DNA from: Bdellovibrionia bacterium
GTDB taxonomy: Bacteria; Bdellovibrionota; UBA1018
Reading direction: 5' to 3'
Length of the DNA stretch: 16,935 bases
Assembly: GCA_049424145.1 (NCBI GenBank)
Contig: JBMSSC010000054.1
Coordinates: forward strand, 1-16,935
The position numbers and the translations under genes are program-made. The notes beneath the pieces were generated by a model. It had not been told where the DNA came from. It worked only from the letters and a program-made list of their open reading frames with translations, and did no database searches. Each line of letters starts with the position of its first letter. Position 1 is the stretch's first letter. Shown one piece after another: positions 7,232 to 16,328 of the stretch.

Positions 7232-9379
7232 ATGAACTACACAGGTCAGGCCATTCAGTGCATCCCCTTAGAAGAGGGGATTGTTGAACTTCAATTCAAT
7301 TTAGAGGGCGACTCGGTGAATAAATTCAACGCCCTGACGCTCCGAGAACTCGAGGAGGCGGTTGAAAAAATCAAAGCCGATCCGAGCATTCGAGGACTGA
7401 TGCTCACGAGTGCTAAGGACTGCTTCATCGTCGGAGCCGATGTCACGGAGTTTTTAGACCACTTTAAAAAAACCGATGAAGAACTCAAACAATGGCTCAC
7501 TCGGGTCAACCGAATTTTCTCGGATATTGAAGATCTGAACTACCCAACACTGACGGCGATCAATGGATTTGCCCTAGGCGGTGGATTTGAACTCGCCCTC
7601 ACCACGAGCTTTCGGGTGATGTCGATGGATACCAAAGTAGGTCTACCTGAGACCAAGTTAGGCATCTATCCGGGATGGGGCGGAACCGTACGCCTCTCTC
7701 GCCTCTGCGGTGCGGATCACGCCATTGAGTGGATTGCCTCAGGAGAGCAGTGGAAAAGTGATGCGGCACTGAAGATTGGAGCCGTGGACGCTGTGACGGC
7801 CCCCAATCAGGTTCGTGCGGTGGGGTTACAGATGCTCAAGGACGCACAGGCAGGAAAGCTCAACTGGAAGGCGCGTCAAAAAGAGAAGAAATCACCTCTT
7901 CTACTTAATCCAGTTGAATCCACGATGGTCTTTGAGACGTCGTATGCCTTTGTTGCAGCCCAAGCGGGGCCCCACTACCCTGCCCCTTTAATGGCCATTG
8001 AAGTCATGAAAAAGGGAGCCACTTTAGCTCGCAATGAAGCTTTAGTGATCGAGACCGAAGGTTTTGTGAAGATGGCAAAAACCTCGGTGGCTCATTCATT
8101 AGTGAGCCTCTTCTTAGGGGATCAAATGGTGAAAAAGCTCACCAAAAAAATCAGCAAAGAAGCCACGCCCGTGAAATCAGCAGCCGTTTTGGGCGCAGGG
8201 ATCATGGGTGGGGGCATTGCTTACCAATCCGCCTCTCGCGGAGTCCCCATCTTCATGAAAGACATCCAGCCTAAGGCGCTGGAGTTAGGCATGAAGGAGG
8301 CCTCTAAACTCTTGGATAAGTCCGTGAGCAAAAAGAAGATCACCCCGCTTCAAATGGCTGAAACGATCAGTCAGATTCGTCCCACGCTCTCTTATGGGGA
8401 GTTTAGCGCGGTGGATTTTGTTGTAGAAGCCGTAGTGGAAAACGAGGGAGTAAAAAAATCGGTTTTAGCTGAAGTGGAAAGTGCGGTGAAACCCGGTAGC
8501 ATCCTAGCAAGTAACACATCGACCATTTCCATCTCACGATTGGCCGAGGGACTGAAGCATCCAGAGAGTTTCTGCGGGATGCACTTTTTTAATCCAGTCC
8601 CCAGGATGCCTCTGGTGGAGATTATCCGAGGCAAGAAAACCAGTGAAAAGACCATTGCAACAGCCGTGGCCTATGCGGCTCAGATGGGAAAAACTCCGAT
8701 TGTGGTCAATGATTGCGCGGGCTTTTTGGTCAACCGCGTCTTATTCCCCTACTTTGCGGGCTTCATGCGCTTAGTCAATGACGGCGTGGACTTCCAAAGG
8801 ATCGACAAGGTGATGGAAAAGTTTGGTTGGCCGATGGGACCTGCCTACTTACTTGACGTGGTCGGGATCGACACGGCTCACCATGCCCATGCCGTGATGG
8901 CATCTGAGTTTCCCGACCGAATGAAATCATCCGAGAAGAACATCTTAGAGGCCATGTACCAGAGTAAACGCCTTGGGCAGAAAAACTCCTTAGGCTTCTA
9001 CAAGTATGAGAACGACAAAAAGGGTCGACCCAAGAAGGAAGCCGATAGCCAGGTGAAATCCATTCTTGCGCCGTTGATGGCATCCTCACCCAAGGACGTC
9101 TCCGATGCAGAGATCATTGAGCGCATGATGCTTCCTATGATCTTTGAGGCCTCCCGATGCTTGGAGGAAAACATCGTCTCCTCCCCTGTTGAAGTGGACT
9201 TAGGAGTGATCTACGGCCTGGGATTCCCTCCCTTCCGAGGAGGAGTGCTGCGGTATGCCGACTCCTTAGGGATGAAAGCCCTGTGTCAGGCCTCGGAGAA
9301 ATACCAAGGCTTAGGTCGTCTCTATGAAGCAACTTCTCAAGTTCTGGCTTTTGAAAAAAGCGGAAAATCTTTTTACTAA
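7232..9379 (+). CDS. fadB: Fatty acid oxidation complex alpha subunit (enoyl-CoA hydratase / 3-hydroxyacyl-CoA dehydrogenase)
   Basis: Crotonase domain (FIVGAD, ALGGGFE, GLPETKLG), Rossmann GAGIMGGG, EAVVE, ASNTSTISI, GMHFFNP, GFLVNR. GAGGTG SD at 7221-7226 favours ATG 7232. Confidence 0.96.
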   Translation: MNYTGQAIQCIPLEEGIVELQFNLEGDSVNKFNALTLRELEEAVEKIKADPSIRGLMLTSAKDCFIVGADVTEFLDHFKKTDEELKQWLTRVNRIFSDIEDLNYPTLTAINGFALGGGFELALTTSFRVMSMDTKVGLPETKLGIYPGWGGTVRLSRLCGADHAIEWIASGEQWKSDAALKIGAVDAVTAPNQVRAVGLQMLKDAQAGKLNWKARQKEKKSPLLLNPVESTMVFETSYAFVAAQAGPHYPAPLMAIEVMKKGATLARNEALVIETEGFVKMAKTSVAHSLVSLFLGDQMVKKLTKKISKEATPVKSAAVLGAGIMGGGIAYQSASRGVPIFMKDIQPKALELGMKEASKLLDKSVSKKKITPLQMAETISQIRPTLSYGEFSAVDFVVEAVVENEGVKKSVLAEVESAVKPGSILASNTSTISISRLAEGLKHPESFCGMHFFNPVPRMPLVEIIRGKKTSEKTIATAVAYAAQMGKTPIVVNDCAGFLVNRVLFPYFAGFMRLVNDGVDFQRIDKVMEKFGWPMGPAYLLDVVGIDTAHHAHAVMASEFPDRMKSSEKNILEAMYQSKRLGQKNSLGFYKYENDKKGRPKKEADSQVKSILAPLMASSPKDVSDAEIIERMMLPMIFEASRCLEENIVSSPVEVDLGVIYGLGFPPFRGGVLRYADSLGMKALCQASEKYQGLGRLYEATSQVLAFEKSGKSFY

Positions 9380-10555
<1,176 letters not shown>

Positions 10556-10570
10556 AGGCGCCTTTTGGCT

Positions 10571-11334
10571 TTAAAATCGCTGGAGCAGGGGGACCACCTC
10601 CTGCTCCTTTTTTGTTTGTGATTGGAGGGTCTGATACTCCTGTTGCATTTGAGTGCGCACTTGGTTCATCAAGGTCTCCACATCGTGAGAACTTAAGCCT
10701 ACGGTTGGGACTGGGGGTAAAAAGCGAATCCAAATCTTCCCGGGTTTTGGAAAAAACCCTGCTTTTCCCAAAAGCTCTCCGCTGCCAGAAAGCACGACCG
10801 GATAAATGGGCACTTGCGCTTGGATGGCCAGGTGGAAGGCTCCTTTTTTAAAAGGGCCAATTTCTCCTGCGGGGTACCTCGTCCCCTCTGGCATGATCCA
10901 GATACTTCGTTGGTCCTGAACAATGAACCGAGAGAGCTCCAAAAGACTATTAATGGCTCGCGTAGGATTGGACCGATCCAAGCGCGTGAAGCCCAAAGCC
11001 CACCAGGACAGATTAATGAATGGGATCCAAATGATTTCCTTCTTTGCGACCACTAAGCAACCTTCTGAGGATAAGGCGGCCCCGACCATGAGATCTAAGG
11101 CACTCTGATGATTGGCAATCATGACGCGAGCCCCCCGGTTTTTTGCCGGATGCGGGTTAGTCTCAATCATTTGAACCCCGAGGACCGCAAGGACGGAGCG
11201 CGACCACACGTGAAGGGAGCGCGCAATCCAAAGGGGCGGAACGTTCTCAAAGTCAGCAACTGAAACAGGGCCAGCCCGGAGCAATAAACGGCCGTTAGAA
11301 TCCAAGCAAAAAAAACGCGAAGCAGTGAGATCAT
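10571..11334 (-). pseudogene. plsC: 1-acyl-sn-glycerol-3-phosphate acyltransferase (PlsC family), split by an apparent 1-nt deletion near 11230-11236 (real lesion or sequencing error)
   Basis: Catalytic frame has NHQSALD (HX4D), AKKE, LDR, PEGTR, FKKGAF. The hydrophobic N-terminus MISLLRVFFAWILTAVYCSGLALFQLLTLRTFRP is in a different frame starting at ATG 11334. Adding one base gives a 254-aa protein. Confidence 0.75.
10582..10613 (+). terminator. Rho-independent terminator of fadBA
   Basis: GGAGCAGGGGG-ACCA-CCTCCTGCTCC (11-bp stem with one G-U) followed directly by TTTTTT, starting 26 nt after the fadA stop. Confidence 0.85.
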
Positions 11335-11341
11335 GAGCTGA

Positions 11342-11370
11342 AGAATAAAGGCCCCTGCTCCCGCTTGCAA
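11342..11370 (-). promoter_or_regulatory. Sigma70-type promoter giving a probably leaderless plsC mRNA
   Basis: TTGCAA (11370-11365)-N17-TATTCT (11347-11342), then 7 nt to ATG 11334. No SD at the normal spacing. Confidence 0.6.
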
Positions 11371-11390
11371 TGAAAACTAGGTCGGATGAG

Positions 11391-12020
11391 TTAGCCAGGA
11401 GGTTTCGTTTTTTGAAAACTGGGTCGCGACTCAAGGTTCTGCAAATAGGCGTGAATCCGAGGATACGAGGTGATGAAAACCTCCGGAACTCTCAGCCCCA
11501 AGTAACTGAGCGCCGCACCCCAGTCCAAATCGGCCTGAGTGAGGTGATTCCCGACCAGAATCCCGGGATCAAGGTTTTCCCTCAGCCTGTGCTCCAGCCT
11601 AGGCAGAAGCCGGCTTATGGCCGAGTGAAGTTCGGCTTGTACTTCTGGGTCACGCAAAGGTTCCGACCTCTGAGAGTCGAGAAAGTACTCCACAATTTTT
11701 TCTGAAAATCCCACGGCCAATGCCTGCCAGTAGCAAACTTGAGCGCGAGCCGAAACGTCCTGCGGCATCCAAAGACTGGTGCGATTCTCGTAAAACTCTT
11801 GCAAGATGAGATGGGAATCCACCAAGATCTCACCTGAGGCGAGGCGCAAGGCGGGAACTCGAGCTAAGGGATTCACTTCGATCAGCTCTGCGGATGGGCG
11901 AAACACGTCACACAGGACTTCTTGAAATGGGATCTGATGCTCAAAAAAAGCCAGTCTCACTCGTCTTGCAAATGGGGAACGGAGCGAAGTAAACAGCTCT
12001 GAATCCTGAAATCGATCCAT
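11391..12020 (-). CDS. Glutathione S-transferase family protein
   Basis: SPFARRVR, NPLARVPAL, DSHLI N-terminal motifs and C-terminal LTQADL. GAGGTG SD favours ATG 12020; ATG 12026 overlaps the upstream stop (TGATG). Confidence 0.9.
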   Translation of the reverse strand: MDRFQDSELFTSLRSPFARRVRLAFFEHQIPFQEVLCDVFRPSAELIEVNPLARVPALRLASGEILVDSHLILQEFYENRTSLWMPQDVSARAQVCYWQALAVGFSEKIVEYFLDSQRSEPLRDPEVQAELHSAISRLLPRLEHRLRENLDPGILVGNHLTQADLDWGAALSYLGLRVPEVFITSYPRIHAYLQNLESRPSFQKTKPPG

Positions 12021-12025
12021 TTTCA

Positions 12026-12964
12026 TCACCTCGGCCATCGATGTTGATAACTCAATGCAATCATTCTGGAAAGGTTTGAATTCTGCGCTGGTCCCAGGAG
12101 GGTTTGGTCCGTAAACGAAAGCATCAGCGTGTCGGAGGAGCCCAGAAGGTAGCTTGCATCCACGCCCCAGTCCACACTCACCATCCAGGGGTCCTCAGTG
12201 CGATTGACTCCAAAAGCAGATTCGACCTTGCGGAGGACTCCTTGATCGGCACGGGGCATGAGACGCATTCCGAATCGGAGATTCCCACCGCCTGGACTGT
12301 ACCCTGCGCCTAAGCCCAGACTGCCGCCCCAGCCTGGAAAAAAACTCATGGATTCATCCGTCATCAACTGGGTGCGAGGGAAGGAATAATGAACTTCCTG
12401 AAGCAAAAAAGCATCCCAGAAATGCCAGCGTTTGAGGAACAATCCCCCGAATGCAACGCTCACCACACCCGTTCCTGCCACATCGGCAGCCACCGGGCTT
12501 TGAGACTCGTAGGCCGACCGGCCCGTGGGAAGACTGACGGAAGTAAACAAAAACCCCTGAGGCTTCCAACTGGAGTAACTCCACAACGGAAGGACCTCAA
12601 AACCTAAACTCACCTTCAGATCCCCTAAACCTGAGAACGAATCCCATTTTGTGGTCCGCTCCACGGAGGATCTCACCCAAGGAAGAGTAAGGCCCATCTG
12701 CCATCGGTCTGAAAGCAAAAAAGAAACATCGAGGCGAGAGTTTTGAATGCGGTCAACATAGCCTGGGCGCTGTGAGATCCTTCGACCATCGGGCCTAACG
12801 CGCGTGACCAGTTCCGATTGAGAAACTCCCCAGCTCACTTGCGCCTGATCCTCACCTAAGAGCAGAAACGGGGCTGCTGCTGCCCGGGCGCAACAAGCCG
12901 ACGCCCATGCAAGAGACGGGGCTTGAGCCAAGATCAGCAGAACTAAAACCCCTTTGTTTCTCAT
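12026..12964 (-). CDS. Exported protein with N-terminal Cys-Cys, probable outer-membrane beta-barrel (MetA-pathway/transporter-like)
   Basis: Signal peptide MRNKGVLVLLILAQAPSLAWA followed by SACC. Amphipathic strands and the SGLGDLKVSLGFE and SLPTG motifs typical of such barrels. Starts 4 nt after the redoxin stop. Confidence 0.65.
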   Translation of the reverse strand: MRNKGVLVLLILAQAPSLAWASACCARAAAAPFLLLGEDQAQVSWGVSQSELVTRVRPDGRRISQRPGYVDRIQNSRLDVSFLLSDRWQMGLTLPWVRSSVERTTKWDSFSGLGDLKVSLGFEVLPLWSYSSWKPQGFLFTSVSLPTGRSAYESQSPVAADVAGTGVVSVAFGGLFLKRWHFWDAFLLQEVHYSFPRTQLMTDESMSFFPGWGGSLGLGAGYSPGGGNLRFGMRLMPRADQGVLRKVESAFGVNRTEDPWMVSVDWGVDASYLLGSSDTLMLSFTDQTLLGPAQNSNLSRMIALSYQHRWPR

Positions 12965-12968
12965 GATT

Positions 12969-13553
12969 CTACCGACGAATCTCACAACCTAAGACCCTCA
13001 CTTCTTTGGGATCGGGCTTTTTGCCACTGATGACTGCGGTTAAAGCCTCTTTTAAGTAAAACCGAGTGGCGGCTTTAGCTACGTGACTGTTGTCGACTCC
13101 CCCTTGAAAAAGAATTTCATGCTTGGAATTGAGAAGATAGACGTGAGGAGTCTTGTAGGCTCCGAGCTCAGTTGCGATGGCAGCCCCGGAGTCCTGAAGC
13201 ACAGGAAAGCTGAGACCTGCGATCTTAAAGTGCTCGTGAGCCACGTCCGAGGGCTCATCCGCATTAGAATGAATCCCCAGAAACCTCACACCCTGAGGTG
13301 AAAACTCGTGATAAAGAGCCTCCAGAGCAGGCTCATGACTGGCTGAACAAGGACACTTGGACGATAAAAAAATTAAAACCGTGGCTCGATGAGGGGAGCT
13401 CCAGGGAAGATCCAGAGTTTGTCCTTGCACCAGATCGAACCCCACGAGCCTTTCCGGCAGAGCAAAGCTGACTTGACTGACGAGGGCCGTCCAAAAAAGA
13501 AGAACCAGAACAAAAAAATCTTTATTTTTTAAATTGAAAACGCACCCACTCAC
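12969..13553 (-). CDS. Exported thioredoxin-fold redoxin (AhpC/TSA-like)
   Basis: FLSSKCPCS, FLGIHSN, FPVLQD, GAYKTPHVYL, GGVDN and C-terminal GCEI. Signal-like segment KNKDFFVLVLLFWTALVSQVSFA. GTG at 13553 is the likeliest start, but this is uncertain. Confidence 0.82.
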   Translation of the reverse strand: MSGCVFNLKNKDFFVLVLLFWTALVSQVSFALPERLVGFDLVQGQTLDLPWSSPHRATVLIFLSSKCPCSASHEPALEALYHEFSPQGVRFLGIHSNADEPSDVAHEHFKIAGLSFPVLQDSGAAIATELGAYKTPHVYLLNSKHEILFQGGVDNSHVAKAATRFYLKEALTAVISGKKPDPKEVRVLGCEIRR

Positions 13554-14390
13554 CCGGGTGAGCCTGTGAATGGGAACAAAACTCGCAGCCCGGGCAAAAA
13601 AAACTCTGCCCGCCTGTTTTATGTCTGCTTGAAAGGGGAAGAATGAAACGGGTGGGGGGCTAAACTGTTTTCTTGACTCTGACATGTCCATGGTCGCTTA
13701 TAGCCTGAAATGGGCTCAAAAGGAGGATCTCCTGGCCTCTTGTTTTCCTCTGATGGTTTTATTTGCGTTGACTTTGCACTTGCTTTGCAATCACCCCTAG
13801 CACGACCCACGGGTTTTTCCCAGCTCTAAGAATCGCGAGGGCACTGGCAGCGGAAGACCTGGTCTATTTCTTGCTCTAATTTAGAACTCAAAAATCAGGC
13901 CAAACTCCTTTCCCCCCCTTCTGACCCTTTTGTTGAGCAGGAAGAAAAAACAATCCACTCACTCAACAACGAGAACCTTCGACGAAAATCCCGCTGAGAA
14001 AAAAGCGTTCGAGCTTTTTCTTCAGGCACCCCAAGCGGAGGGAAAGCGACAGAGACCCGTTTCTAACCCAGAGGAGCCCACTTCTCTTCCTACAAGAAAT
14101 AGATCTCCCGACGAGCTCCCTCTTTTTTTCTGTTTTTTCCTCCAAGGCACTTGAATTTTAGTGAGGATCGCGACAGAACTAGCGCAGGCATGTTTGTTCG
14201 CCTAAATCGTCTGAACAACACGCATCAAACCGACTGCCCTCAGGCGATAGGTCGAAAGATTTTTCGGTGAATTGGTGAGGATTCAAGATCTCATGAGAGG
14301 ATCTCATTCAAATGCCCTGATCCCTCACCCACTCACACGGCTGAAAAACTGGTTCAAAAGTGATCAAGAACCCTTGGAAAGGATCCCCCC

Positions 14391-15110
14391 ATGAACTCTT
14401 TAAAGTCCCCTTTTAAAGTCCTTCTTTTTGCCGATGGTGCCAATAAAGATCAAATGCTCAAGCGCTATCATGAAGGTTTAGCCAAGGGCTTCACCACCAA
14501 TCCATCCTTGATGGCCAAAGCTGGAATTCGAGACTACGCAGGCTTTGCTCGAGACATTCTCAAAACCATTCATGATCTTCCGATTTCTTTTGAAGTCTTC
14601 TCAGATGAATTTTCTGAGATGGAAAAACAGGCCCAGCAGATTAATTCCTGGGGTGCGAACGTCAATGTGAAGGTCCCGATCACCAACACGAAGTCTGAGC
14701 CGAGCCTCAAACTCATTCGCAACCTCTTTGACCAGGGAATGAAACTCAATATCACGGCGATTTTCACACCTGAGCAGCTCAAGGGACTCAAAGAAGTCAT
14801 GAAACCAGAAGATGATGCGATTATTTCTATCTTTGCAGGGCGCATTGCCGATACGGGCATCGATCCAATGCCGCTCATGAGAAAAGCCGTGGCTGATTTT
14901 GCTTCATTTCCGAAGGCAAAAATCCTCTGGGCAAGTCCCCGAGAGGCGCTCAATATTTATCAAGCCGATGAGGTGGGCTGTCACATCATCACCTTAACGG
15001 ACGAGCTTTTAGGAAAAGTGAGCCTCAAAGGGAAAAATTTAATGGAGTACTCTTTAGAAACCGTAAAAACGTTCTACAAAGACGCCACTCAAGCAGGATT
15101 TCAACTCTGA
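14391..15110 (+). CDS. tal: Transaldolase (short TalC/FSA-size class)
   Basis: FADGA, GFTTNPSL, SFEV, Schiff-base VKVP, NITAIF, SIFAGRIAD, LWASPR. Glu in SFEV and Phe in SIFAGR favour transaldolase over fructose-6-phosphate aldolase. AAGGA SD. Confidence 0.9.
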   Translation: MNSLKSPFKVLLFADGANKDQMLKRYHEGLAKGFTTNPSLMAKAGIRDYAGFARDILKTIHDLPISFEVFSDEFSEMEKQAQQINSWGANVNVKVPITNTKSEPSLKLIRNLFDQGMKLNITAIFTPEQLKGLKEVMKPEDDAIISIFAGRIADTGIDPMPLMRKAVADFASFPKAKILWASPREALNIYQADEVGCHIITLTDELLGKVSLKGKNLMEYSLETVKTFYKDATQAGFQL

Positions 15111-15557
15111 ACCACTCACGAGACTTCATGTTACTGGACCGCGACGGAGTGCTCAACTCCAGGGTGATTGATGCGGAGCACGGAACGATGGATCGTCCTT
15201 TGCATTCCTCCCGGATGGAGGTTTACCCCTGGGTTCCCCGAGCACTCCTCCAACTGCAAGCCCAAGGCTACGGCTTGGCCATTGCAACCAACCCGCCTGC
15301 TGCAGCCAACGGTAAGACCACCCACGAGCGCTTCGTTCAGACCCATGAGAGGGTGTTAAACATGGCGCAAAACGAGGGAGCCCAGATTTTAAGCTCCCAC
15401 CTTTGCTTTCATCGCAGTAAGGGGTACCGAGCGAGTGTTTGAGGAGAGTCATTTGAGAGCCAGGCTTTGGTTTGAGAATCTTCGGGAACTAGCCCAGCAC
15501 CCGTCATCGGTGAGTCTGAAAGGCATGCTTCAACCAGAAGGCTCGCCCATCAGTTGA
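15107..15557 (+). pseudogene. gmhB: Heptose-1,7-bisphosphate phosphatase (GmhB-like HAD) pseudogene
   Basis: LDRDGVLN motif I, ATNP (normally TNQ) and CFH, then a stop at 15440-15442 after 104 aa. The CxCRKP and GDxxxD motifs are absent. A C-terminus-like peptide (LWFENLRELAQH) continues in the +1 frame to 15557. Confidence 0.8.
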
Positions 15558-15575
15558 TCCACGAGAGGATAAAAA

Positions 15576-16199
15576 ATGGAAAGTTTCACAAAACTCTTTT
15601 TGAAAGAAAGCATCCAACTCATTGAAAAGCTCGATGAGCAGTCGATTGAACAAATGGCCCAAGGGCTAGCCCAGGTGAGGCGAGCTGGGGGACGACTGTT
15701 TATCCTAGGAGTCGGAGGATCGGCTGGACATGCAGGTCACGCCGTCAATGATTTTAGAAAGATTTGTGATTTTGAGGCCTATGCACCCACAGACAACGTA
15801 TCGGAGTTAACAGCACGCATCAACGATGAAGGCTGGGATGGGTGCTACGCCGAGTGGCTTAAGGGTTCTCGACTCAAGCCTGCCGATGCACTCCTGGTTT
15901 TTTCAGTCGGTGGAGGAAGTCTTCAAAAAAGCGTCTCAAACAATCTGGTGAAGGCCATGACCCTTGCCAAGGAAACCGGGAGCAGAATTTTCTCGATCGT
16001 CGGAAAAGATGAAGGATATGCGAAACAGATTTCTGATGCATGTGTTCTGATCCCCGTTGTGTCTGCAGAACGGATCACCCCGCATACGAAAGGGTTTTGT
16101 GCTGTAATTTGGCACCTCCTCGTCAGCCATCCTGCGCTGAAGATCAAGCAAACCATGTGGGAATCCGTAACCACCCCCCCGCCTCAGATGAATCTCTAA
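15576..16199 (+). CDS. gmhA: SIS-domain phosphoheptose isomerase (GmhA-like)
   Basis: GRLFILGVGGSAGHAGH, LTARINDEG, FSVGGGS..VSNNLVKA, IVGKD, WHLLV. GAGGA SD. Context of transaldolase and gmhB. Confidence 0.8.
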   Translation: MESFTKLFLKESIQLIEKLDEQSIEQMAQGLAQVRRAGGRLFILGVGGSAGHAGHAVNDFRKICDFEAYAPTDNVSELTARINDEGWDGCYAEWLKGSRLKPADALLVFSVGGGSLQKSVSNNLVKAMTLAKETGSRIFSIVGKDEGYAKQISDACVLIPVVSAERITPHTKGFCAVIWHLLVSHPALKIKQTMWESVTTPPPQMNL

Positions 16200-16229
16200 G
16201 GCGTGGATCTCCCATTGAGATCAAGTTAA

Positions 16230-16273
16230 GAAATCGAAGAGGGAAAGGAAGAGCCCCTCTCCGATTTCATTTT
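16230..16273 (+). terminator. Hairpin after the gmhA-like gene, possible terminator
   Basis: GAAATCG-a-AGAGGG (16230-16243) pairs with CCCTCT-c-CGATTTC (16255-16268), followed by ATTTT. A small GATCTC/GAGATC hairpin lies at 16206-16222. Confidence 0.5.
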
Positions 16274-16328
16274 GCTCCTGAGCTCCTCCCAATTCGTTTG
16301 ATCTGTGGTTCGTCTTGGTTTTTTTCAA

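Noticed and set aside
11228..11240. Canonical programmed -1 ribosomal frameshift in plsC
   Set aside because: The codon phase (CGC CCC TTT GGA) does not fit an X XXY YYZ heptamer, and I saw no clear stimulatory structure.
11308..11315. A8/T8 run as the plsC phase-variation site
   Set aside because: Shifting here would replace the hydrophobic anchor with polar sequence; the break fits better near 11230-11236.
13554..13691. 46-residue N-terminal extension of the redoxin ORF
   Set aside because: It precedes the signal-peptide-like segment and runs through a hairpin (13591-13612) and homopolymer tracts; probably untranslated.
13700..13870. Cobalamin-riboswitch-like words (GCCAGGAGA on minus; CACTG..GGAAG on plus)
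   Set aside because: The fragments are on opposite strands, and the GGGAA..GGTG.AA.TCC core and correct order are missing.
13619..14154. Small ORFs 13619-13810, 13930-14154 and 13963-14145
   Set aside because: Low-complexity translations of purine/pyrimidine tracts with no motifs.
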